A stretch of 64,000 nt of DNA from Nitrososphaeraceae archaeon (GCA_035250975.1 DATFEP010000012.1:19870-83869), one strand, 5' to 3'; shown: positions 20,706 through 30,965, numbered from the stretch's first letter. The notes: a model not told the origin generated them from the letters alone. Translations and numbers: made by a program.

Positions 20706-21515
20706 ATGAGTGAGCTGACAGAAGTAGTCAAATATCTAGATTGGAATGGATCGATCGATATTTTACATAGAGCTAGTCAACTAAAGCTATTCGCTTTAAT
20801 AATTGGTCCAAAAGGAACGGGAAAAACTTCTCTAGTAAGAAAATTTGCAGAAGAGACAGGAAAAAAGGTTTTTTCTGTGAATTTTAGCTTAAGAACAAGA
20901 GAATCTCATCTCATTGGAACTAAAACCATCGAAAAAGGAGAAATCAGCTTTATTGAAGGGGTTTTGGTAAAATCAATGAGGGAAGGAGGAATACTTTATC
21001 TTGACGAGTTAAATGCAGCTGAACCCGATATGCTTTTAAGATTAGATGAGGCACTCGACGATAGAAGACAGTTAATATTAAAAGAGGCAGAAGGACAAAT
21101 AATCCATGCTAATGAAGATTGGTTCGTGATCGCCACCATTAATCCGTTGTCTCATATTGGAACAAAAGAGCTGCCTCCACAATTATTAAGTAGATTTCCT
21201 ATTAGGTTAAACATGGATTATCCGCCTGAAGATATAGAACTCGAGATTATAAAACAGCATATACAGATAGATAATGAACATATGGTGCCAGTTGAACGTG
21301 CAGTTAAATTAGCTAGAATACTAAGGGAAGCAGCGGCGGTTGAAGAATTGTATTATGGTCCGAGTCTTAGAGAAACAATAGCATTCACTAAATTAATTAA
21401 CATAGGAACCGAACCAAAATTATCTGCAGAGATAGTTTTTGCCAATGCATATAATCAATGGGGAGAAGTAGAATTTAGGAAAGTCATGGACATGATAACA
21501 TCGATATTTGGGTGA
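20706..21515 (+). CDS. MoxR AAA+ ATPase, CbbQ/NirQ/NorQ/GvpN subfamily
   Basis: GPKGTGKT, ILYLDELN, VIATINP, LLSRF, SLRE; 269 aa single AAA module. Confidence 0.9.
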   Translation: MSELTEVVKYLDWNGSIDILHRASQLKLFALIIGPKGTGKTSLVRKFAEETGKKVFSVNFSLRTRESHLIGTKTIEKGEISFIEGVLVKSMREGGILYLDELNAAEPDMLLRLDEALDDRRQLILKEAEGQIIHANEDWFVIATINPLSHIGTKELPPQLLSRFPIRLNMDYPPEDIELEIIKQHIQIDNEHMVPVERAVKLARILREAAAVEELYYGPSLRETIAFTKLINIGTEPKLSAEIVFANAYNQWGEVEFRKVMDMITSIFG

Positions 21516-21713
21516 TATAGAGGAGACTAAAAATACTATTTACTATTTTTTATTATTACTGATTTAAATTTACTTTTAAGTATCTAAAATCATCATGAAT
21601 TTGGTATAACTAACATATTCTCTATTTACATTACTAAACTTATATCTATTTTTAGAAACAAAAACAATTTATTTTCAAATATCTTTCTAATAATCCTTTA
21701 AACTCTAAATAAT

Positions 21714-22234
21714 TTGTTGATAATGATAAACGATTACTCACAATAAAACTGGGGTTATTTTATACGCTGGATCATTCGTGGGGATTTGGATTTATCATCT
21801 CCATCTTTTACTATTTGTGCAAAGGTGCAAAGGCACAACCTTATGAAGATGATTTTGTTTATGACAATAATCAAGAAACACTAAGGTATAAATTTCCATC
21901 AAATGAGAACGAACGGTAATGAATGGGCTTATTTTCTGAATACCGATAAGATTCTTGCAAATGTCTGTGGAAACATAAATCTGAACCCATAGATAGATGT
22001 CGACGCAGAAGACCAGACATGTGAGAATGCTTTACAGTTCTAATCCAAATACATATTAAATCCCTAGCTCTTGTTGAAGCACAATGACTATTAGTATTAT
22101 ACGATTGCCTAGCCTCAACTGAGAACAGTAAAGAAGAAACTATAGATGTAAGAAGTGTACTACAAACTAGTTCCGTTATAACCAAAGACGGTTTGTATAA
22201 GTATTCAATGTTTGATAGACATGGAAATAATTAA
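21714..22234 (+). pseudogene. decayed gene for a secreted Cys-containing protein
   Basis: frame lacking a start codon with signal-like GFGFIISIFYYLCKGAKA|QPYEDDF; continues in shifted frames broken by stops (NVCGNINLNP*IDVDAEDQTCENALQF*; YDCLASTENSKEETIDV...). Confidence 0.4.
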
Positions 22235-22391
22235 TCTACTCTCTTCATCACCAGTCTAAAATTTTATCTCTTTTATTTTTTTTATGAACTGATAATAAAA
22301 GAATATTCAAAATCAACAAAATTTTTATAATCAATCCTATATTTTTCTAGTTGACACGGTTAAAAATATCAAAAATAATGATTACATATTA

Positions 22392-23963
22392 ATGAATTCA
22401 GCTTCGGCGAATTCTATATTGTTAGATATATCTACTTTCTTAGCAAGAAGATGGTCTGATAATCCAAAGGTTATTGTTTCTTTATCAGATGACAAACAAC
22501 CATATACGGATATAGACCGACAACAGATCTTTCTTCCTAAACTAAATTACTTTCATGGTGAAGAATTTGATAGGTATAGGCAATGGAGAGTAACTCTTTG
22601 GTACGAGGCGATGAAGATAAAATATTGTACAAAAGTTAAGGCATCAAGTAAAGAACATGCTTATGGTTTTATTCTTAGTTGTCTAGAAACAAAAAGAGTT
22701 GAAATATTGGGACTTGAAATATGGCAAGGAATGACTAATGAAATAATTTTCTACGAAGCCATGTCATGGATAACAAAACCTTTATTAAACACTATTTATG
22801 GCAGACACAAATTAATTGAAGCTTTTTCACAATATTTTCTGACAGGATATATGAAGGGCGAATTATTTGGTAATGAATTTGAGAGAGTAAAAAATGCTGC
22901 AGACTATGCGAATCAATGCATCAAGGACGCTATTGAGGGAAGAAGGGGAACGGAGTGGATATATGGCCAAGTAAAAGAAATTATTAAAAGATTACAAATA
23001 GATCCGTTATTGTCCATTCCAATAACCTCCCCAAGATCAAAAATAGGTATGGGTATGACAAAATCAGAACTTGTAAAACAGATAGAAAAAATCGTGAAAT
23101 CAAAGCTAATGAATAAGGAATTTGATAAAGCGGTTAAAGAAATAATTCAAGCAAATGATGTAATAAAAGAATACGAAACTCTCATAAAGGAAAGTAAAAA
23201 ATCAGAAACTAAAGGATATGATAGTTTAGAAAACTTTGACATAAGCATACCAAGTAAAACAGATGTAAATGAATCAGAAATATACGATGTAGAATTGATT
23301 CAGAAAATAAAATCTGCGTTTAGGGACTGGAAATCTGGTTGGATAGAAGTTCACGAAGATAAAGGAGAAGAATTAGATGTAGAAACATATTTAGATTCTC
23401 ACCATAAACCTTTCATTACAGATCATAAAATTTCAATTAGAACAAGAGTTGTAATTTTACTTGATCATTCAAGCAGTATTGAGGATGTCGAATTAAAATA
23501 CAAACAAGCCACAGTTGCATTATGTGAAGCATTGGACTATTTAGGTATTGAATTTTCTGTATTTGCATTTAGTACCGAATTGAAAAGGGTAAAATGTTGG
23601 CTTATAAAACCTCCAAGGGTCCCATGGTCTATATCTAACGCAAGAAGATTAGTTCAAATTAGAGCGAGTGGAGGTACACCGTTAGCTGAGATCTATTCAA
23701 TTTTATTGCGATTTATTAGATCCTTCAAACCAAACATAATGATCACGCTAACAGACGGTGAACCTTCAAACTACGAAGCAGTTAAGGAGATGGTATTGAA
23801 ATATAGAAGCATGTCTATCCATATGGCTGCTCTAGGGGTTGGCAAAGATATGAACGATCTAATAAATATTGGTCACAATTTAAAATATTTGAATTATAAT
23901 AAGACATTAGCTACTAGAGTTGAGGATATTCCAAAGAAAGTAATTAATTTACTTAAGATATAA
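22392..23963 (+). CDS. CbbO/NorD-like vWA adaptor protein
   Basis: C-terminal vWA with MIDAS DHSSS ... GGTP ... TDGEP preceded by GEELDV motif; N-terminal LE..RVE helical domain. Confidence 0.82.
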   Translation: MNSASANSILLDISTFLARRWSDNPKVIVSLSDDKQPYTDIDRQQIFLPKLNYFHGEEFDRYRQWRVTLWYEAMKIKYCTKVKASSKEHAYGFILSCLETKRVEILGLEIWQGMTNEIIFYEAMSWITKPLLNTIYGRHKLIEAFSQYFLTGYMKGELFGNEFERVKNAADYANQCIKDAIEGRRGTEWIYGQVKEIIKRLQIDPLLSIPITSPRSKIGMGMTKSELVKQIEKIVKSKLMNKEFDKAVKEIIQANDVIKEYETLIKESKKSETKGYDSLENFDISIPSKTDVNESEIYDVELIQKIKSAFRDWKSGWIEVHEDKGEELDVETYLDSHHKPFITDHKISIRTRVVILLDHSSSIEDVELKYKQATVALCEALDYLGIEFSVFAFSTELKRVKCWLIKPPRVPWSISNARRLVQIRASGGTPLAEIYSILLRFIRSFKPNIMITLTDGEPSNYEAVKEMVLKYRSMSIHMAALGVGKDMNDLINIGHNLKYLNYNKTLATRVEDIPKKVINLLKI

Positions 23964-23980
23964 ATAAAATGAGATAATTT

Positions 23981-24637
23981 TCACCTAATAATCTTTTTCT
24001 GCAAATTTTCCCAATCAGAGAGAAAAATCTTAAGACCTTTATCGGTTAGAGGATGTGAAAGCATTTTCCCTAAGATTTCAGGTGGCAAAGTAACCACATC
24101 AGCTCCAATTTTTGCAGATTCAATCACATGAATTGGATGTCGTATACTTGCAACAAGAATTTTGGATTCGTATTGATAATTTTTAAAAATTTGATGTATT
24201 TCTTTAATGATAGCCATGCCTTCTTGACCAGAATCATCTATTCTACCAATAAAAGGACTGACATAAGATGCGCCGGCCTTGGCCGCTAGAATAGCTTGAC
24301 TAGCTGAAAAAACCAAAGTGACATTGGTCTTTATACCGATGTCAGTTAATTGCTTTACAGCCTTCAATCCTGCAGGAATCATTGGAATTTTTACTATGAC
24401 GTTAGAACCATATTTTTTCAGATTGTGAGCCTCTTCAATCATTTGTTCCGTTTCTGTTGCTATCACTTCTAGATTAACTGGACCTTTAACGATATTTACT
24501 ATCTCATGCATTATATCTTCTGGATTACCATCTTCTTTAGAAAGTAGAGTAGGATTGGTTGTGATGCCATCAACCATGCCCATTTCATTATAATGACGTA
24601 TAGATTTTAAATTAGCAGTATCAAGAAAGATTTCCAT
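23981..24637 (-). CDS. tal: transaldolase / fructose-6-phosphate aldolase family
   Basis: IFLDTAN, GITTNPT, VKIP (Schiff-base Lys), NVTLVFS, YVSPFIGR; start moved to ATG at 24637. Confidence 0.92.
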   Translation of the reverse strand: MEIFLDTANLKSIRHYNEMGMVDGITTNPTLLSKEDGNPEDIMHEIVNIVKGPVNLEVIATETEQMIEEAHNLKKYGSNVIVKIPMIPAGLKAVKQLTDIGIKTNVTLVFSASQAILAAKAGASYVSPFIGRIDDSGQEGMAIIKEIHQIFKNYQYESKILVASIRHPIHVIESAKIGADVVTLPPEILGKMLSHPLTDKGLKIFLSDWENLQKKIIR

Positions 24638-25601
24638 TTTTAATTCTATACAGAGTAGATAGAACATGCTGTTCTATTTCTTTTTCGGTTAATCCATACT
24701 TTTCCAGCAAGAGATTTAATTCTGAATCTCGTGCAGATTCTCCAAATATATCTTTTATCCCAAGACGTTTAACATAACAAGGATATTCTTCAGAACATAT
24801 TTCAGTAACTGCACTGCCAAGTCCTCCAATGTAATTATGTTCTTCAATGGTGATGATATATCCAGTTTCCTTAGCAGCTGCAATCACAAGACCACGATCA
24901 ATAGGTTTTATTGAATAGCAATCTATAACTCTACAAGAAATACCATGATTTTTTTTCAGATTATCGGCTGCTTGTAATGATTTGTATACCATTAATCCGC
25001 AACTAATTATAGTCATATCTGAACCCTCACGTAGAATATTTCCTTTTCCTATCTTAAAGTCAGAATCATTTTCTTCATAAAGAATTTCACTAGAAGGTCT
25101 AGCAAGTCTTATATAGAAAGGTCCTGGAATGTCAACAATGTTTTTAATAAGTCTTGTAACAGATACTGCATCTGAAGGTATTATTACTTTCATGTTAGGT
25201 ATGGATCTCATGATTGCAATATCTTCTATCTGTTGATGGGAAGCTCCATCTGGACCTACAGTTAAACCTGCATGAGATACAACTAACTTTACATTTAGGT
25301 CAGGATAACATATAGCATTTCTTATTTGATCTAGACATCTCCCAGGTAAGAAAGCAGCGTAGGTACTTGCGAATGCAATTTTCCCAGTCATTGCCAAGCC
25401 TGCAGCGATAGAAACTAGATTAGCTTCTGCTATTCCGATGTTGAAAAATCTTTCTGGGAATTTATCTCCAAATTTTTTCGTTTTAAGTGAATCAGTAGTG
25501 TCAGCGCCAACACATACAATGTTTTTGTTAATCATACCTAATTCAGCTAATGTGTTCCCATAAGCTGACCTCATATCTGCAAACTTTACACTAGAGTTCA
25601 T
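24621..25601 (-). CDS. transketolase, C-terminal subunit
   Basis: GIAEAN, GPDGASHQ, YIRLAR, EEH..GGLGSAV. Confidence 0.93.
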   Translation of the reverse strand: MNSSVKFADMRSAYGNTLAELGMINKNIVCVGADTTDSLKTKKFGDKFPERFFNIGIAEANLVSIAAGLAMTGKIAFASTYAAFLPGRCLDQIRNAICYPDLNVKLVVSHAGLTVGPDGASHQQIEDIAIMRSIPNMKVIIPSDAVSVTRLIKNIVDIPGPFYIRLARPSSEILYEENDSDFKIGKGNILREGSDMTIISCGLMVYKSLQAADNLKKNHGISCRVIDCYSIKPIDRGLVIAAAKETGYIITIEEHNYIGGLGSAVTEICSEEYPCYVKRLGIKDIFGESARDSELNLLLEKYGLTEKEIEQHVLSTLYRIKNGNLS

Positions 25602-27228
25602 TTATTTCATCCTCTATACCAAGTTCATTTGCAAGTGGTATCAAGATATGTTTACGTGCAATTAACCAATCTTTTCTTATATTATAATCATCCGCTTTGC
25701 GTAAAAGATTTCTTTCCAAGGTAACATTAGTTTTATGTCTCAATTGTATTATAGCTGAATTAATATCACTATTTGAAAATACTGCACTTCCGGCTACCAT
25801 GATTCTAGCTCCTGCATCATAAACTTGCTGAACAGTAGATGCATCTATTCCCCCATCAGCCTCGATATATCCCTTGAATCCATGATTTTTTAAGATCTTA
25901 TTTAAATTGAAAATCTTCGATGTAGTTTCCGGAATAAATTTTTGTCCTGAAAACCCAGGATGAACTGACATTATTATTATTACATCAATGGAATTTAGAA
26001 TAGGAAATACCCATTTTGGAAAGGTAGTTTCTGGATTTATAGCAATACCAAAGCTAATTCCATGAGACAATACTTTGTCTCTTATGCAGATAAACTGCTC
26101 TTCATTGCATGTTTCGGGGTGGACTGTAATAATATCACATGACGCATCGATATATTCATGAATGTATTCGTAAGGATTTTCAATCATAAGATGGGTGTCA
26201 AATGGGAGATTGGTTATAGGTCTTAATTTTTTTATGGTATCGGCTAAGAAGGTGGTATTTGGAACGAATTTACCGTCCATTACATCCAGATGAATCATAT
26301 CAGCCCCAGCACGTTCGGCTTTTCTTATCTTTTCTTCATAATTTTCCTTTTCACCAGCGATTATTGATGGAGATATCATATATTCGCCTTCCAATTCTTG
26401 TATTAATAGTGGACTTTGTTTATGATGTGGTGCTCTGCCATGCCATTGAGGGTTATTTGCCATATGTTTAATTCCATTACCTTTGATCGTGTTTGCAATT
26501 ATAATGGTAGGTTTGTCCTTGATTTGACCAGCTTTATTTAATGCATCCATTATTTGTTCTATCTTATGACCATTGATTTCTATTACATTCCAATTAAACG
26601 CTAGCCATTTATCACGCACAGGATCTATTGGCATAATATCTTCTGTAAATCCATCTTGCTGGATCCTATTTCGATCTAGGAACACAACTAGATTATCAAG
26701 TTTAAATTTAGGCGCAGTCATTGCAGCTTCCCATATCTGACCCTCATTGGTCTCTCCATCTCCTAATAGAACATAAACACGGTTTTTTTTGTTATCGATA
26801 ATATTAGATAAAGCAATTCCTATTGATACAGAAAGTCCTATACCTTCAGAACCTGCAGAATATTCTACACCAGGTAGAGAATGATTCTCGAGGTATTTAG
26901 AGTATCTAACTGGATGACCTTGCAGTCTTGAACCGAATTTTCTTAGATTTTTCATTTCGTCAGTTGGAAAATATCCAGCAACTGCCAATGTTGCGTAGAA
27001 GCCAGGTGCAGAATGACCTTTGGAATTGATAAAATAATCTCGACCTGACCATTCAGGATTTGAAGGATCGTGTTTCAATATTCTAAAATACAACACGCCC
27101 ATTATCTCGGCTGCAGAAAAGGATGCGCCTGGGTGACCCGACCCTGCTTCCGCTATTCCTTTGATAGCATTTATCCTTATTTCACGGATTTTTGCTTTCA
27201 TATCCAAATAACGCATGCTAAATCCCAT
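25591..27228 (-). CDS. rpe: fusion of transketolase N-terminal subunit and ribulose-phosphate 3-epimerase
   Basis: N-half SGHPG, SKGH, LQGHP, GDGE..EGQIWEA TPP motif; C-half SPSI, HLDVMDG.FVPN, DTHLM, MSVHPGFSGQKF, DGGI, VAGSAVF; one continuous frame. Confidence 0.9.
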   Translation of the reverse strand: MGFSMRYLDMKAKIREIRINAIKGIAEAGSGHPGASFSAAEIMGVLYFRILKHDPSNPEWSGRDYFINSKGHSAPGFYATLAVAGYFPTDEMKNLRKFGSRLQGHPVRYSKYLENHSLPGVEYSAGSEGIGLSVSIGIALSNIIDNKKNRVYVLLGDGETNEGQIWEAAMTAPKFKLDNLVVFLDRNRIQQDGFTEDIMPIDPVRDKWLAFNWNVIEINGHKIEQIMDALNKAGQIKDKPTIIIANTIKGNGIKHMANNPQWHGRAPHHKQSPLLIQELEGEYMISPSIIAGEKENYEEKIRKAERAGADMIHLDVMDGKFVPNTTFLADTIKKLRPITNLPFDTHLMIENPYEYIHEYIDASCDIITVHPETCNEEQFICIRDKVLSHGISFGIAINPETTFPKWVFPILNSIDVIIIMSVHPGFSGQKFIPETTSKIFNLNKILKNHGFKGYIEADGGIDASTVQQVYDAGARIMVAGSAVFSNSDINSAIIQLRHKTNVTLERNLLRKADDYNIRKDWLIARKHILIPLANELGIEDEINEL

Positions 27229-27385
27229 AAGCTAACCTTCAAACCACTTGAGTGGAATATTGGAACAAAATAACACGGTAGATAAAAATCTAGCTGGTTC
27301 ATTAGTAATAAATATGCAGTCCTATTTTACAAACAGGAAAAATAATTCAATAGTTTAAAATATTCTAATTAGGAATTCAAAAGGG

Positions 27386-28861
27386 ATGTTAAGAATAAGA
27401 GCAGATGAAACAAAAATAGAAAAAAAAAATTCGCAAGTATTGGTCATAGGTTATTTTGAAGATGAAGATTATTCCCAGTTATTTCATAGTCTAAATAAGG
27501 AAATAGTAAAGGCAGGAAGACACTTTCTTGATAAATATAGTTCAAAATTTGGGTGTATGTCTGAATTAAATACATTATCAAGAATGCCAGCTCAAAATAT
27601 TTTATTTGTTGGATTGGCAAAAAAAACCGATTTTAATGCAGAAAAAGCAAGAATAATTTCAGGAAAAATAGTACAATATTTAAAGGAATTTGATATAAAA
27701 GAATTTTCAATTGTTCCTTTTGATTTTTCCGACGAAATAATAGAGGCAATTACCGAGGGAATAATTCTATCTTCGTATTCCTTTGATAAATATAAAACAA
27801 AGAGCGAAAAAAATCATCTTCATACGGTAGCAATACTTTGTAATTCAAAGTCCAAACATTTTCAAACGATTATTGATAGAGCTTCGATAATTTCAGAAAC
27901 AGTGAATTTTGCTAGAGATATAAGTAATTTACCGCCTAACGAATGTACCCCTGAGTATCTAGCAAAAATTGCAATAAATATTAACAAAAAAGCAATTGAA
28001 ACAAAAATTATTGACTTAAAGAAAATGAAATTACTTGGATTGAATGGAATAACATCTGTAGGAAGAGGAAGTAAAAATCAACCAAAACTAATCATAATGG
28101 AGTATCATGGAAACAAAAATAATGAAAATCCAATTTTACTTGTAGGCAAGGCTGTAACATTTGATTCTGGAGGGATATCTATTAAACCTAGCGAACGGAT
28201 GGAGGAGATGAAATTTGACAAATGTGGTGGAGTGAATATTATTGCCATTATGAAAGCATTATCAATACTAAAACCCAACATCTATGTAATAGGAATAGTT
28301 CCGTCCGTGGAAAATATGCCATCAGATTCTTCATACAAACCGAGTGACATTATTGAAATGCATAATGAAAAGAAAGTAGAAGTATTAAATACTGACGCCG
28401 AAGGCAGATTGATTCTTGCTGATGCGTTATCTTATGGGATAAGTACATACAAGCCAAAATTGGCAATTGATATGGCTACACTGACAGGAGCATGTGTAAT
28501 CGCATTAGGATCAAATGTTGCTGGAATAATAGGTACTAATTCAGAGTTAATTAAAAAGATTATCGACCATTCCAATAATACCGATGAGAAATTGTGGGAA
28601 TTACCTTTATTTGAGGAATTTCATGAACAGATAAAAAGTAATTCTGCAGATATAAAAAATATGGGCGGAAGATCTGGAGGAGCAATAACCGCAGCTGCAT
28701 TTTTATCGAATTTTGTAGGTGATGTGCCATGGGCACATATTGATATTGCAGGAACTGCATGGAATCAAGAAGGAACATTGTCTAAATCATATAATCCAAA
28801 AGGAGCCACAGGTTTCGGAATAAGAACTATTATTAAATTCCTACTAGTGAATATGAAGTAA
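27386..28861 (+). CDS. pepA: leucyl aminopeptidase (M17)
   Basis: VGKAVTFDSGG.SIK, MKFDK, NTDAEGRL, ATLTGA, HIDIAG. Confidence 0.96.
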   Translation: MLRIRADETKIEKKNSQVLVIGYFEDEDYSQLFHSLNKEIVKAGRHFLDKYSSKFGCMSELNTLSRMPAQNILFVGLAKKTDFNAEKARIISGKIVQYLKEFDIKEFSIVPFDFSDEIIEAITEGIILSSYSFDKYKTKSEKNHLHTVAILCNSKSKHFQTIIDRASIISETVNFARDISNLPPNECTPEYLAKIAININKKAIETKIIDLKKMKLLGLNGITSVGRGSKNQPKLIIMEYHGNKNNENPILLVGKAVTFDSGGISIKPSERMEEMKFDKCGGVNIIAIMKALSILKPNIYVIGIVPSVENMPSDSSYKPSDIIEMHNEKKVEVLNTDAEGRLILADALSYGISTYKPKLAIDMATLTGACVIALGSNVAGIIGTNSELIKKIIDHSNNTDEKLWELPLFEEFHEQIKSNSADIKNMGGRSGGAITAAAFLSNFVGDVPWAHIDIAGTAWNQEGTLSKSYNPKGATGFGIRTIIKFLLVNMK

Positions 28862-28919
28862 TAATATCTTAAAAATGCAAAATACCCATTTAGTATGAAA
28901 TATTGACACATATATCTAG

Positions 28920-29036
28920 AACGCCAGCACTGCCTTTTCCCAACCACTCACGTAGGTCAGTATTAGGCAGCGACGACAGGTTTGACTTCCGGGTTCGGTA
29001 TGGGACCGGGTCGCGCCCTGCCACTATGACCGGCTA
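28920..29036 (-). rRNA. rrf: 5S rRNA (unlinked)
   Basis: reverse complement GCCGGUCAUAGUGGCAGGGCGCGACCCGGUCCCAUACCGAACCCGGAAGUCAA...AGUGCUGGC; conserved CCGAAC loop C; terminal helix I pairs; GC island in AT-rich DNA. Confidence 0.95.
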
Positions 29037-29163
29037 TAAATAGCAACTATTATGTTTAATTTAATCTTTTTTAATATTCGTAGACCATTAGAAATTAGAA
29101 AACAATCAACCTAAACCTAGCAAGAGATATAATACATATCGCAAAAAATAAAAGTGAAGAAAG

Positions 29164-30960
29164 TTGAATGATGCATCTTCTAGAGTAGCCGTATTGGATG
29201 AAGAATTATGCAAACCCAAGAAATGTGGATTAGAATGCATAATCTATTGTCCTATTAATAAAACAGGAGGAGAATGTATTATTCAGAGACCAGGTGATGG
29301 CAAGGCGGTAATTTCAGAAGATCTATGTACTGGATGTGGAATATGTGTAAAGAAATGTCCATTCGAAGCAATAGTTATAGTAAATTTACCAAAAGAACTA
29401 GGAGAACATAAGATCCATCAATATGGAATTAATTCATTCAGATTATATCATTTACCAACTCCCAAAAAGGGATCTGTAGTAGGTTTGCTTGGAAGGAACG
29501 GAATGGGTAAATCTACCATAATAAACATATTATCCGGTAACTTGAAACCCAATTTTGGAGAATATAATGAAAAGATTCAGTGGAATAACGTGATTGAAAA
29601 TTTTCATGGAAATGAATTGAAGGCATATTTTGAAAATTTAGCAAATGGAAATCTGAAACTATCTATAAAACCTCAATTAGTGTATAAAATACCTAAATTT
29701 TTCAATGGAACCGCAAAAGAAATGCTAAAAAAATTTGACGAGTTAGATATGTTTGATCTAATATCCGAAGAATTAGGATTGAAGAATTCATTGAGTAAAA
29801 ATGTTAGCGAATTAAGTGGCGGAGAATTACAGAGGTTAGCTGTGGCAGTTACCACAATAAAAGATGCAGATTATTATTTTTTTGATGAGCCTTCTTCTTA
29901 TAATGACATATATCAGAGATTGGCGGTAGCTAAAGTAATTCAGAGTTTAGCAAAAAGAGGAAAAAGTGTTATGGTCATTGAACATGATCTTACATTATTA
30001 GATTATTTGTCTGATTATATTCATATATTATATGGGGAACCTGGAGCTTATGGAATAGTGTCTAGTTTGCAGTCTACTAAAGTGGGAATAAACAATTTTC
30101 TTGATGGATTTATTCCTTCTGAAAATGTACGATTTAGAGAAAAAAAATTTAGGTTTGATTCTTTTAGTCCAACGGAAGATTTATTACAAAATACCATTGT
30201 TACTCAATATTCTAATTTAATAAAAAGATTTGATTCCTTTATGGTTAAAATCAGATCTGGACGGATAAGAAAGGGAGAGGTAATTGGAGTTACAGGTGCT
30301 AATGCACTAGGGAAAACAACCTTTATGAAGATAATGGCAGGTATAGAAAAAACTGATGAGGGAGTCGTAGAGATTAATCCTAGAATATCATATAAACCAC
30401 AATATATAAGTCAGGATTATGACGGTGATGTTAAGTCATTATTATATTCTCGTTACCAAAATGTGATCGAGGGAAGTTCTGTTGAAGAACAGATAATTAT
30501 TCCTATGGGTATAAAAAAATTATATGAGAAAAATTTTAAAAATTTAAGCGGAGGAGAACTACAGAAAGTAGCGATCACTGCTACTTTAATGCAAGATGCT
30601 GAAATTTATGCATTTGATGAACCATCTGCTTTCATAGATATAGAAGAAAGAATAGCGTTGGCAAAATTTATTCAAAGATTTGTAAGGGCACAAAATAAAT
30701 CAGCTATAATTATTGACCACGATATGCAATTGATAGATATTGTTTCCGATACATTAATAATCTTTGAAGGGATTCCAGGAATAGAAGGTTACGCTTCTGA
30801 ACCGATGTCTAAAGTAAAAGGGATGAACCAGTTCCTAAAAAATCTATCAATTACTTATAGAAGAGATGATAGTACAGGAAGACCTAGGATAAACAAGGAT
30901 ATGAGTAGACTCGACAAAGTTCAAAAAGGATCAGGAGAGTATTACTATTTAAATAGATAA
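29164..30960 (+). CDS. rli: ribosome recycling ATPase ABCE1/Rli1
   Basis: N-terminal Fe-S domain (C.PKKC..EC..YCP; CTGCGICVKKCP), two ABC NBDs with LSGGELQ, TYRRD..GRPRINK. Confidence 0.97.
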   Translation: MNDASSRVAVLDEELCKPKKCGLECIIYCPINKTGGECIIQRPGDGKAVISEDLCTGCGICVKKCPFEAIVIVNLPKELGEHKIHQYGINSFRLYHLPTPKKGSVVGLLGRNGMGKSTIINILSGNLKPNFGEYNEKIQWNNVIENFHGNELKAYFENLANGNLKLSIKPQLVYKIPKFFNGTAKEMLKKFDELDMFDLISEELGLKNSLSKNVSELSGGELQRLAVAVTTIKDADYYFFDEPSSYNDIYQRLAVAKVIQSLAKRGKSVMVIEHDLTLLDYLSDYIHILYGEPGAYGIVSSLQSTKVGINNFLDGFIPSENVRFREKKFRFDSFSPTEDLLQNTIVTQYSNLIKRFDSFMVKIRSGRIRKGEVIGVTGANALGKTTFMKIMAGIEKTDEGVVEINPRISYKPQYISQDYDGDVKSLLYSRYQNVIEGSSVEEQIIIPMGIKKLYEKNFKNLSGGELQKVAITATLMQDAEIYAFDEPSAFIDIEERIALAKFIQRFVRAQNKSAIIIDHDMQLIDIVSDTLIIFEGIPGIEGYASEPMSKVKGMNQFLKNLSITYRRDDSTGRPRINKDMSRLDKVQKGSGEYYYLNR

Positions 30961-30965
30961 AAAAT

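Noticed and set aside
21871-22185. 104-aa minus-strand ORF inside the AAA+/vWA cluster
   Set aside because: Atypical composition; plus-strand remnants look more protein-like
20706-23963. Nitric oxide reductase, Rubisco or gas vesicle locus
   Set aside because: No norB/C, rbcL or gvpA genes in the window
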